The translations under genes and the position numbers were made by a program. Source: an uncultured Alphaproteobacteria bacterium (GTDB taxonomy: Bacteria; Pseudomonadota; Alphaproteobacteria; ATCC43930; CGMCC-115725). From it: a stretch of DNA of 64,000 nucleotides. How positions within the stretch are numbered: position 1 is the stretch's first letter; each line of letters starts with the position of its first letter. The notes below the pieces were generated by a model. The model was not told the origin of the DNA and did not search any database. It saw only the letters and a list, made by a program, of their open reading frames with translations. Location: the NCBI GenBank assembly GCA_963737145.1, contig CAVTRO010000006.1, forward strand, positions 130,911-194,910. The letters are read 5' to 3'. Of this stretch, positions 48,497 to 58,207 are shown one piece after another.

Positions 48497-49870
48497 ATGA
48501 AGACCAGCGAAAACCGCATTCTGACGACCCATGTCGGGAGCCTGCCGCGGCCGGCGGAGTTGCGCCAGCTGCTGGTGCGCAAGGACCAGGGCGAGCCTTA
48601 TGATGACAAGGCCGAGCTCGACCGCCTGACCCGGCAGGCGGTCGCGGACATTGTTCACCGCCAGGCGAAGGCCGGCGTCGACATCGTCAATGACGGCGAG
48701 ATGTCGAAGCCCGGCTATTCGACCTATATTGCCGATCGCCTGTCGGGGTTCTCAGGCCATGAGCCCGCCAAGCCGCGCTTGGACACCAGAGAGCACCCGA
48801 ACTTCGTCGCCGCCTATGAGCGGATGACCGGCGCCAATGTCGCAAGACGCGCCGTGTGCGTCGGTCCGGTCGCGGTCCGCGACCGCGAGCCGCTGGCTCA
48901 GGACATCGCCAATTTGCGTGCAGCGCTCGAAGAGGTCAGTGTCGCCGAAGGGTTCATGACAGCGGCTTCTCCTGGGCTCGTGCCGGTGTTTCAGACCAAC
49001 CGGCATTACCCGACCCACGAGGCTTATGTCGAAGCCATCGCCGCCGCGATGCAGGAGGAGTACGAGGCCATCACCAATGCCGGTTTTGTTTTGCAGCTCG
49101 ACTGTCCGGATCTGGCAATGGCGCACCACACCACTTTTCAGGATCTGAGTGAGGCCGATTTCCTCAAACGCGCGGCATTCCACGTAGAGACATTGAACAA
49201 CGCGGTGCGCAATATCCCGGCCGACCGCATGCGCATCCATATCTGCTGGGGCAATTACGAGGGGCCGCACGACCACGACATTCCGTTTGCGAAGATCGCT
49301 CCGCTCCTGGTCAAGGCAAAACCTCAGGCGCTCGTCGTCGAAGCCGCCAATCCCCGGCATGCGCATGAATGGACGGTGTGGCAGGAGACGAAATTGCCCG
49401 ACGACAAGATTCTCGTGCCGGGTGTGCTCGATACGTCGACCAATTACGTCGAGCACCCCGAGCTGGTCGCCGAGCGCATCTGCCGCTTCGCCGACATCGT
49501 CGGCCGTGAGCGCCTCATCGCCGGCAGCGATTGTGGCTTTGGCACCTTTGCCGGCTACGGCAAGCTCGACCCCGACATCTCGTTCAAGAAATTGCGCGCG
49601 ATGGCCGAAGGCGCCGCAATCGCCTCGAAGCGGCTGTGGGGCCGAGCGACCCGTCGCCCCCACGAAAGCGGGGGCCCAGGGCGGCGCCTTCCGAGACCTG
49701 GCCGCCTGGATTCCCGCTTTCGCGCGGGGGCGGCCGGGGAAAATTGTGCTGCACGCCGTGCAGTGCATCGCCCGTCTCACCCTCCCAAGGCCGCGGCTTG
49801 GGCCCCTCCCTCTCCCCCTGAACGGCGAAGAGCGGCATGCATGACGCTGCGGATCCTCCGGGTCGCGTGA
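48497..49870 (+). CDS. Cobalamin-independent methionine synthase-like (MetE C-terminal domain, Meth_synt_2) protein with an anomalous 3' extension
   Basis: MKTSENRILTTHVGSLPRP.. through ..KLRAMAEGAAIASKRLWG looks like a complete family member (~375 aa). The ORF then continues ~80 codons through repeat-like, Arg/Pro-rich sequence to the TGA at 49868-70. Confidence 0.75.
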   Translation: MKTSENRILTTHVGSLPRPAELRQLLVRKDQGEPYDDKAELDRLTRQAVADIVHRQAKAGVDIVNDGEMSKPGYSTYIADRLSGFSGHEPAKPRLDTREHPNFVAAYERMTGANVARRAVCVGPVAVRDREPLAQDIANLRAALEEVSVAEGFMTAASPGLVPVFQTNRHYPTHEAYVEAIAAAMQEEYEAITNAGFVLQLDCPDLAMAHHTTFQDLSEADFLKRAAFHVETLNNAVRNIPADRMRIHICWGNYEGPHDHDIPFAKIAPLLVKAKPQALVVEAANPRHAHEWTVWQETKLPDDKILVPGVLDTSTNYVEHPELVAERICRFADIVGRERLIAGSDCGFGTFAGYGKLDPDISFKKLRAMAEGAAIASKRLWGRATRRPHESGGPGRRLPRPGRLDSRFRAGAAGENCAARRAVHRPSHPPKAAAWAPPSPPERRRAACMTLRILRVA

Positions 49871-51033
49871 TCGGCGGTGGCATTGGCGGGCTTACCGCCG
49901 CCGTGGCGCTGCTTCAGGCCGGGTTCGAGGTCGAGGTCTATGAGCAGGCGCCCGAGCTGACCGAGGTCGGCGGCGGCATCAACATGGCGCCCAATGCGAC
50001 GCGCGTGCTGCGCCGGCTCGGCCTCGCCGAGGGGCTCGACCGCGAGGGGGTGCGGCCCGCTCGGGACTCACCAGCGGCGTTGGCAGGACGGGCGCACGTT
50101 GCAGCGCGCGCCGCTCAATCCGCTGTGCGAGGAGCTCTACGGCGCGCCGCACATGACCATCCATCGCGCCGACCTGCTCTCGGTCATTGCCGAGGCCTTC
50201 CCGGCGGAGCGCGTCCATTTAGGGCATCGGCTGGTCGGTCTTGCCGAAGGGGGCGACCGCGTCGAGGCGTGGTTCGACAACGGCGTGCGGATCACCGCCG
50301 ACGTGCTGGTCGGCGCCGACGGCATCCACTCGGCGGTGCACGCCGCGCTCTTCGGCGAGGAGGCGCCGGCATTTGCCGGCTGCGTCGCTTATCGCGGGCT
50401 CGTGCCGGCCGAGCGCATCGCCGATCTCGGGCTCGAGCTCGGCTCGCAGTCATGGGTCGGCCCCGGCGGGCATTTTGTGCATTATTTCGTCTCGCGCGGG
50501 CGGCTGCTGAATTTTGTCGGCTGGACCGAGCACGACGAATGGAACCGCGAGGACTGGACCGACCGCGCCACGGTCGCGCGGGCGCTCGCCGCTTTCGCGG
50601 GCTGGCACGAGCAGGTCCGAACCATTATCGCGGCGGCCGAGACCTGCTTCATCTGGGCGTTGTTCGACCGCGATCCGCTGCCGCGCTGGTCGGTTGGCCA
50701 TACGACCCTATTGGGCGATGCCTGTCACCCGATGTACCCGTTCATGGGCCAGGGCGCGGCAATGGCGATCGAGGACGGCGCAGCGCTCGCCGCCTGCCTG
50801 CGCGCGATCGGCGATCCGGCAGAGGCGCTATTGCATTACGAGCGGCGCGCCTGCCGCGCGTCACCCGCCTGCAGGAAATGTCGCGCGCCAACAAGACCCG
50901 CTTTCACCTGCGCGACGGCCCGGCGCAGCGGGCGCGCGACGCCGAATGGGCCAAGGCCGGCGACCGCTCGCCCGACGCGCTGCGCTGGCTCTACGAATTC
51001 GACCCTGCCGCGGTCACCTCAGTGGCGGTATGA
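49841..51033 (+). pseudogene. FAD-dependent aromatic-ring monooxygenase (salicylate hydroxylase-like), about 3 frameshifts
   Basis: Pieces are MTLRILRVA / VIGGGIGGLTAAVALLQAGFEVEVYEQAPELTEVGGGINMAPNA.. / ..HMTIHRADLL..VGADGIHSAVH..LLGDACHPMYPFMGQGAAMAIEDG.. / ..RLPRVTRLQEMSRANKTRFHL... The joins are near 49865, 50060 and 50845. Confidence 0.75.
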
Positions 51034-51034
51034 G

Positions 51035-51619
51035 CTACGGCCCCGGGTTGGGATTGTCTTTTAGGGGAGGGATCGCGCGGCAGATATTCGTACATCGCGC
51101 TCAGATCGCGATCGGTTTTCCAGCGATACAGTGGCCACGGCATTACCTGCAGCAGGCGCCCAGAATATCCCGATGGGGATCATGGCCGGTCTGCATGACT
51201 TCGAGAAATGCGTGCCAGGTCAGTCCTGCCGGCATGCCGTCTCTTTTTGTCCGGGGTGATGTTCGCGGAAAAGACAGTGTGACCATCAACCGGATCCGGC
51301 CCGAACTGTCGCCCACCCGCCAGATATTCCGCCGTATTGATCTGCTCCGGCTATCCCAGGTAGGGATTGCCGCTGTTTGTATAGTTCGGATGGGTGTGGC
51401 AATCGTTGCAGCCGGTCGAGTTGACCAGATAGCTGCCGAGACCGACCAGCGCCCAGTCTTTCCCTGCGAAGTTGAGCTTGCTGCCTCCGGAAAGATTTCA
51501 GGCGACGATCTCATAGCCGCGCAGAATCTGGCTGATCTCATCGGCCCGCCCGGCGGACACTTGCAGCATCGTCGCCAATGCAGACCGCTGCGATCCACCA
51601 TACCGGATACGCGCGACAA
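51035..51619 (-). pseudogene. Small c-type cytochrome relic with an in-frame TAG and several frameshifts
   Basis: The minus strand reads ..LNFAGKDWALVGLGSYLVNSTGCNDCHTHPNYTNSGNPYLG-TAG-PEQINTAEYLAGGRQFGP.., with the stop at 51350-52. It continues in shifted frames as ..DGMPAGLTWHAFLEVMQTGHDP.., ..LLQVMPWPLYRWKTDRDLSAMYEYL.. and ..RAIPPLKDNPNPGP. The haem motif is CNDCH. Confidence 0.55.
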
Positions 51620-51762
51620 TACGCATTTCCATTCGCCGAACCTTCCGCTTGCTCATACGCAGCGGCCGGTTCTAGCCGCCGAATGCGTCAACAAACTGTC
51701 AGGGCAGCAAGGATGGCGCCGGCTGTCGGCCGGACCAGCCTCCCGGGCGATCGATGTACCAG

Positions 51763-52146
51763 TTATTCCGGCTTGAAGCAGTAGGCGGCGAGCTTGTTGC
51801 CGTCGAGATCGCGGACATAGGCCGCATAGGCACTGGGATGCCAGCTGCGCGGCCCGACCGGGCCTTCATCCTTGCCGCCGGCCGCGAGGGCGGCCTTGTG
51901 GAATTCTGCAACCGCCGCACGGCTCGGCGCGACGAAGCTGATCGTGCCGCCATTGGCGAAGCTCGCCGGTTGTCCGTTGGCCGGCTTCAGCACGAAGAAT
52001 TCCGGCGCCAATTCGCCCCAGATCGAGCCGTTCTCGCCCAGATCGTTCAAACGCTTGTAGCCGAGCGTGCCCAGCACGCGGTCATAAAAGGAGCGCGCCT
52101 TCGCAAGGTCGTTCGTTCCCACCGTGACATGCGTAAATATGGCCAT
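51763..52146 (-). CDS. VOC family (glyoxalase/bleomycin-resistance fold) protein
   Basis: 127 aa from MAIFTHVTVGTNDLAKARSFYDRVLG, ending ..YVRDLDGNKLAAYCF. Confidence 0.8.
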   Translation of the reverse strand: MAIFTHVTVGTNDLAKARSFYDRVLGTLGYKRLNDLGENGSIWGELAPEFFVLKPANGQPASFANGGTISFVAPSRAAVAEFHKAALAAGGKDEGPVGPRSWHPSAYAAYVRDLDGNKLAAYCFKPE

Positions 52147-52662
52147 CCGATCCTCCTCAAGACACAAGCGCCCCGTTCAAATGCGCCGCCGGTGCAGATT
52201 ACCGGTTTCGCAAAGGAGGGTAAACGGCGGATTCCGTGATGGCCGAGCCAGCCGGCTTTAGCTCTCAGATGCCGGACATCGAGTTATATCCGGCATTAAC
52301 TTCGAATTTTGTCTACTTAACCACCAATTCCCCGGCAATTTTAAGTTTTAGAACCTAAGGTCGCCTTCCGACGCGAGAAGCCGGATGAGGTCTGGCAAAC
52401 GCGCTCCGGATGGAGACGAGGATGCGATTTGCGATGCCGCTATGGACGAGCTGTCTCGGACGGGATTGTCTCGTGCTCGAGCTCGGTCAGCGGCGGAAGC
52501 ACGGCGGCCCGGCAAACCTCGGACAACGCGGTCCGATGTCGGAATGGCGTAAATGGCGAGTGCGCCGGCCGACGGCGCATGGTCGCTGTTCGGGCTGGAA
52601 CGCAAAGCCGACGATGCCGTCTCGAACGCCCGCTATACGATCGACTGAACTGGAGAGAAATT

Positions 52663-52857
52663 ATGTTGTCCGATTTCGAAGTCCTGCGCGCCGCTGACCA
52701 GATGATGCACGAATTCGGCGAGCATGCCGAGCTCCAGGCCGCCAAATACGCCGATCTGATGCTGGGACACAGCAACCGGGCCGCGCTTCTGGTCTGGGCC
52801 CGCATCTGGCGCACGATCGCCGAGAAGCGCCCGGCGCAGACCGGGTTACCGCATTGA
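52663..52857 (+). CDS. Small conserved-looking hypothetical protein (64 aa)
   Basis: An ATG with GGAGAG 8 nt upstream, followed by helical sequence MLSDFEVLRAADQMMHEFGEHAELQAAKYADLMLG... I recall similar small proteins in Rhizobiales but cannot name the family. Confidence 0.5.
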   Translation: MLSDFEVLRAADQMMHEFGEHAELQAAKYADLMLGHSNRAALLVWARIWRTIAEKRPAQTGLPH

Positions 52858-53836
52858 CGATAGAGCCGCGCAGGAAGTCGATCATCGCGGCGTTGACTTC
52901 CGCGGCCCGCTCCTGCTGCGTCCAGTGGCCGCAACCCGGCAGGATGATGGTGCTGCGAAGCTCGGGAACGAATTGCGACAGATTGGGAATAAGCTGGTCC
53001 ATGCCGGGGAACCTCACCACGGGATCGCGGTCGCCGGCGATGTAGAGCGCGGGCACGGTCACCCGCGCTCCGGCAAAGGCGGCGAGGAGCTCCCAGTTGC
53101 GATCAATGTTGCGGTAATAGTTGAGGCCGCCGCGAAACCCGGTGCGGGCGAATTCATCGGCGTAGAAATCGACGTCGGCCTCGGTCAGCCAGGAAGGCAG
53201 GGTCACGGGGTTCACGAAGTGAGTGCTCCAGCGCGCGAGTAGGCCGCCTTGGCGCGGCACCATGAGGGCGGCGGCCTCACCTTGCGGCATATCCCCGGAG
53301 ATCGAATAGAGGCTGGCCGCGGATAAACCAGCGGATATCGTGCTCGAATTCGGCCTCGGCCACACCCGGGGTCTGGAAATAAAGCTGATAGAAGACCGCA
53401 TCGTCGGTCTGCGGCATGACGGTGGTCGGGCGGACCGCACCGCGTGGCCGGAACGGCACGCTGAGCCCAATCACGCCGCGGAAGCGGTCGGGGCGCAGCA
53501 GCGCGGCATGCCACGCCACCGGCGCGCCCCAGTCGTGACCGGCGATGACAGCCTGCTCGGCGCCCAAGGCGTCGAGCAGACCGACCATGTCGCCAATCAG
53601 GTGGAAGAGCGTGTATTGGTCGATCGCCTCGGGGCGATCGGTCCGGCCGTAGCCGCGCATGTCGGGTGCCACGGCATGGAAACCCGGCCTCGGCGAGCGC
53701 CGGCAGCTGGTGCCGCCAGGAATACCAGGATTCGGGAAAACCGTGGCAGAGCAGCGACCAGCGGACCCGTCCCTTGCTCGGCCAAGTGAATGCGGATCCC
53801 GTTCGCCTCGACGGTACGGTGGCTGATCTGGGTCAT
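52846..53836 (-). pseudogene. Alpha/beta hydrolase (epoxide hydrolase-like), 3-4 frameshifts
   Basis: Pieces are MTQISHRTVEANGIRIHLAEQGTGPLV / LLCHGFPESWYSWRHQLPALAEAG (third frame) / FHAVAPDMRGYGRTD..IAGHDWGAPVAW..AEAEFEHDI / AGLSAASLYSISGD..YRNIDRNWE..PGCGHWTQQERAAEVNAAMIDFL. The 3' end is uncertain: the uninterrupted frame would run antisense through 52663..52857. Confidence 0.75.
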
Positions 53837-53912
53837 CCGCGATCTCCTTCCCCGTGGATGACTGCGGATCGTATGCTCCCGGCCGGCGATCACCAAAGGA
53901 AAGGAGTCGACC

Positions 53913-54459
53913 ATGGCCAGGCTGCAGCCGATCACCGGCAAGGAACAGGTTCCGGCAAAGGACCACGCCGATCGTGGACGCCATCGCCCAGAGCCGCGGC
54001 GCCATTCAGGGGCCGTTCACGATGTTTCTGCACTGTCCGGAGCTGGCCGGCCGTGTCGCTCATCTCGGCGCGTTTGTGCGCTTCGAGGGCTCTCTCGACA
54101 TGCGGGCTCGGGTGCTCGCCGCGATGACCGTCGCGCGCGAGTTCGAAGCGGTCTATGTCTGGGGTGCTCAGACCGGCGGCGCGCGGCGTCAGGGCGTGCC
54201 GGAGGCGACGATTACGGCGATCCGCGAGAACCACTCGCGCGGCATCCCGCCAGAAGACGCCGAAATCGTCGACTTCACGCGGCAACTCCTCCGCAAGCAC
54301 CGGGTCGACGAGGCGACCGCCGGCTCACTTCGGAAGCGGTTCGGCGATCAGGGTTTCATCGAGCTGACCGGCGCCATCGGGTACTACAGCATGCTGGCGA
54401 TGACCGTGAATGCGTGCGAGCTCGAAGCCGCTCCGGGCGCTGAAGTGCTGCAAGTCTGA
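53913..54459 (+). pseudogene. Carboxymuconolactone decarboxylase (AhpD-like) family protein, one frameshift
   Basis: MARLQPITGKEQVPAKDHA (frame of ORF 53913) continues as ..VDAIAQSRGAIQGPFTMFLHCPELAGRVAHLGAFVRFEG.. (ORF 53854..54459). The join is near 53965. Confidence 0.75.
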
Positions 54460-54516
54460 ACCCGGTCCCGGCGTGAGCGCCGCAGCTGCCGCGGCGCCCG
54501 ATCGATGCCTCTAGGC

Positions 54517-54789
54517 TTAGCGGCCGTATCCGTAGCCGTGATCATAAGGCGGGGCGCTGCTGCCATACCCTTCATGGTAGGCCCGCTCGCGAGCGTGCTT
54601 GGTGGCCTCGTGATGGCCGATGATGCAGCCCGCACCGGCGCCGAGCAGCCCGTGGTGGCCGACAAAATGCCCGGCGACGCCGCCGATGAGGGCGCCTTTC
54701 AAGCAGCCCCTGGCCGACGCCGGGGTCGAACCCAACGCAAGTCCTGTCACCGCGACCGCAAAAGCCGCGGGGAGCAGTATCGCTTTCAT
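54517..54789 (-). CDS. Small secreted glycine-zipper protein
   Basis: Signal peptide MKAILLPAAFAVAVTGLALGSTPASA, then a GxxxG-rich segment GALIGGVAGHFVGHHGLLGAGAGCIIG and a His/Tyr/Gly-rich tail. Confidence 0.55.
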   Translation of the reverse strand: MKAILLPAAFAVAVTGLALGSTPASARGCLKGALIGGVAGHFVGHHGLLGAGAGCIIGHHEATKHARERAYHEGYGSSAPPYDHGYGYGR

Positions 54790-55082
54790 GTGAAACTCCT
54801 TCAGACGGGTTGTTGCTGGTAGCCAACAGACCCCAGCAACCGCAGGTTCCCGCACTGAGCGAGATCGCGCTAAAGCAAAGCGAAGGTCTCAAACTGTAAA
54901 TGGAAGGCAACATCTTCCGAAGCCACGTAACGAAATCATATGTCGTGTTGAATGACATAAGAGTTACATTTCGATTACAACATTTTACCAAATACCGGAG
55001 TGCCGTTCATACGCCGATTACAGAGGAGCGCGTAAGTTTTAGGCAACGCCCGAGACGGGGGATTCGCTGGAAGGAAGAACCA

Positions 55083-55619
55083 ATGTCCGAATTTAATGGT
55101 CTCGTCGAGCGAGAGATTCCAAGGCTTCGGCGCTATGCGCGGGCGCTCACCCGCAGCGCCGATCGCGCAGACGATCTCGTGCAGGAGACGTTGCTGCGCG
55201 CGATCTCCAAGTCCCATCTTTGGCAGACCGGCACCGACATTCGCGCCTGGCTCTTCACGATCATGCACAATCACTATGTCAACATGGTGCGCCGTGCGAT
55301 GCGCGACGAGGCGACCGTCGACATCGAGCAGATGTCGTCCTCGCTCGTCGCCGTCACGGATCCGACTGCATCGAGCCAGCTTCGCGAGCTCGAGCAATCG
55401 CTCGCCCGCCTGCCCGGGGAGCAACGCGAGGTGATCCTGCTCGTCGGGCTCGAAGGAATGTCTTACGAGACCGCGGCAAAAGTCCTCAGTGTCCCGGTAG
55501 GCACGGTTCGCTCGCGCCTGTCGCGCGGCCGTGACGCGCTGCGCCGTCTGATGGGTCTGCCGGAAAAGGCCGCAAGAGCGGTCGAGGCCCCGAGCGAAGC
55601 TGCGCCTCTCGCAGCCTAG
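55083..55619 (+). CDS. ECF-type RNA polymerase sigma-70 family factor
   Basis: Region 2 is DLVQETLLRAI..IRAWLFTIMHN. Region 4 HTH is SYETAAKVLSVPVGTVRSRLSRGRDAL. The protein is 178 aa from ATG 55083. Confidence 0.9.
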   Translation: MSEFNGLVEREIPRLRRYARALTRSADRADDLVQETLLRAISKSHLWQTGTDIRAWLFTIMHNHYVNMVRRAMRDEATVDIEQMSSSLVAVTDPTASSQLRELEQSLARLPGEQREVILLVGLEGMSYETAAKVLSVPVGTVRSRLSRGRDALRRLMGLPEKAARAVEAPSEAAPLAA

Positions 55620-55635
55620 CTGCCTCCTCCTGCGT

Positions 55636-55660
55636 AGTGGCGTCGCGACCCTGCGCCACT
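55636..55660. terminator. Inverted repeat between convergent genes (candidate bidirectional terminator)
   Basis: agtggcg-N11-cgccact lies between the sigma factor stop (55619) and the enolase-superfamily stop (55668). Confidence 0.4.
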
Positions 55661-55667
55661 ATCGCGT

Positions 55668-56868
55668 TTACGGCTGACGATAACTGAGCAGGCCGCCCCC
55701 ACCCGCGGGCGGATGGGCGCGGATTGCCTCCTCGTCGGGCTCTGTGCCCCAGCCCGGCTCGTCGGGCACCACAAGGTGCCCGTCTTCGAATTGCGGCGCG
55801 TTGGTGAACAATTCCTCGTCCCAAGGCAGGCGATCGATATCGACTTCCATGATCCGCAGATTGGGCGTGGCGGCTGCGAAATGCGCGTTCATCATCGTGG
55901 CCAGGTGGCCGTAGAAATTATGCGGCGCGATATTGACCTCGTGGGCATCGGCGGCGGCGGCGATCTTCATCGACTGCCAGACCCCGTTCCACACCGCGTC
56001 GACGATCGCGACATCCATCGACTGCTCGCGGAAATAGGGCAGGAATTCGCGCAATCCGAGCAGGGTCTCGCACGAGCTGATCGGGTGCGGGCTCTGCCGG
56101 CGGATATAGGCGAGCGCCGCGGGGTTATAGCTGTCGATCTCGACCCAGAACATCTCGATGTCGGCGATCGCCCGCAGGATCTTCAGATACCCCTCGGTCT
56201 TGGCGTTGAAGTTCAGGTCGAGCAGCAGGTCGACATTCGGGCCCGGCGCCGTCGCGTATGGCTTCGAGGTGAGCGCGCAAGTTGCGCAGCACCGGTTTGT
56301 CGACATTGAGCTCGGGCATGAACGGAACCCCAAACCCGGGGCGCCAGCCGCGCGGAGCGCCCCCGTCGTAGATGAAGATGTTGGTTTTCAGCGCGCTGAA
56401 ACCCTTGTCGCGCACTTCGGCGCCGATCGCCTTTACGCCGTCGAGACTGGTGATCGCGGGTTTGTAGAGGGTCGGATGATTTATCCGCCAAGTCGCGCAA
56501 TGCGACCAATAAACCCGGATCCGGTCTCGCACCTTGCCGCCGAGGAGCGCGTGGCACGGCACCCCGAGCGCCTTGGCCTTGGCGTCGAGCAGCGCATTCT
56601 CGATGGCGCCGAGCCCTTCGGCGACAACGCCACCCGCTGCCGGGCGGGTGAAGCAATACAGCTCGGTATAGATCCGCTCGTGGTCGAACACCGGCTGGCC
56701 GACAACCCGCCCGGCGAGCCGCTCGATGACCGCGCTGACCCCGGGCGAGCCGAAGCCCTCGTCGAACTCGCTCCAGCCGACGACGCCCTCGTCGGTGGTC
56801 AGTTTGAGGAAGTGATAGTTTCGCCACCCGGCATCGCAGCGAAGAATTTCGAGGCCCTTGACCTTCAT
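55668..56868 (-). pseudogene. Mandelate racemase/muconate lactonizing enzyme (enolase superfamily) protein, one frameshift
   Basis: MKVKGLEILRCDAGWRNYHFLKLTTDEGVVGWSEF....LRAHLEAIRDGAGP (ORF 56125..56886) continues as NVDLLLDLNFNAKTEGY..FWVEIDS.. (ORF 55668..56333). The join is at GGGCCC 56238-56243. Confidence 0.8.
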
Positions 56869-57063
56869 CGGCGCATTCTCCCCCATTGGCGTGCCCGGTT
56901 AAACATAGCCAACACTCGCCGACGCCGCATCTCCGCATCATGATCGCGCGGGGTTTGGCGGATTGGAAATACCTCCTGTAGCGATGCTTGACACAATTAC
57001 CTGCCAAACGCAGTATTATCGTGATAACGGCAGCAATTAACCAATATTACTGCGGGAGGGCGC

Positions 57064-58194
57064 GATGAGAAGAGCATTGATCGATACGTCAATTGCGGCG
57101 TTGCTGCTGACCGGCGGCATAATGCCGGCCGGCGCCTGGGATCGCGGCTACGCCGAGATTTCGCGGTTCTGCCGGACTTGCCGGGCGGGCCGGTGCCGAG
57201 CGAAGGGTTGACGGTCGGCCCGGACGGCACGGTTTACACGCCGACCTTTGGCATCAACAGCCAGGGCGCGGTGCCTGGCCCGCCGCATTTGTTCTCCTTC
57301 AAACCGAACGGCCAGCTGCTCTACGATGTTGCGCTGGTCAATCCGGCGGGCCCGCAGCCCAGCACCCTCCTGCTCGGATTGGTGTTTCAGAAATCTTCCA
57401 AGACATTGCTGATCTGCGACCTTTCCAACGGCATCGTCTGGCAGGCCAATCCGAAAACGGGCAAAGCAACCGTGTTCATGAACACCGGACAGGGTTCGAA
57501 TTCCGGCCTCAACGCGCTGACCTTCGACAAGGCGGGCAACGTCTACGTGTCGGATTCGTTTTTGGGCGTCATCTGGAAGACCGGCCCCAACGGCGGGTCC
57601 CCCTCGATTTTCGTCAATTCTCAGACATTGTCGCCGCAGGCCGCAACGGGGGTGATCCTGGTGCCGCCATTCGGCGCCAACGGCGTCGAGTTCAACAACG
57701 AATATACCGAGATGTACGTCGCGAACACCGCCTATCACTCGATCGTCGAGGTCCCTGTGACCCTGAACCAAGACGGCTCCGTATCGGTGGCCGGCCAGGC
57801 GCAGGTGCTGACGACCGGCATCAACGCACCCGACGGCATCGCGGTCGACAGCCACGACAATCTCTGGGTCGATGCCAATCAGCAGGACGAGATCGAGGTC
57901 ATCAACCCCAACGTCGTCACGTCGCAAGGCACCTCGCAAAGGTCATTGCCAAGCGCGGCGATTTCCAGGGCATCAGCGAAGGACGGCACGGTGCAGGGGC
58001 TGCTCTTCCCGGCGAGCCCGGCGTTCAGCCCTGACGGGAACTACATCTATACGTCGAACCTCGCTTTGTTCCTCCCCTTTGCGGGAGTTCCGGAGACGGC
58101 GATCAATTCGCCCTGGACGCTCCAGGTCAAGCACTACACGATCGCCAAGATGCGCGCCGAAATCCCTCCGCTGACCGAGCAGGAAGAGAAATAA
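57064..58194 (+). pseudogene. Secreted SMP-30/gluconolactonase/LRE-like beta-propeller protein, about 3 frameshifts
   Basis: Signal MRRALIDTSIAALLLTGGIMPAGA from ATG 57064 is out of frame with ORF 57178..58194, joining near 57165. A compensating frameshift pair lies around 57930-57975: ..GKVIAKRGDFQGIS.. is readable only in another frame. Confidence 0.75.
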
Positions 58195-58207
58195 GCGAGC
58201 TATCCGA

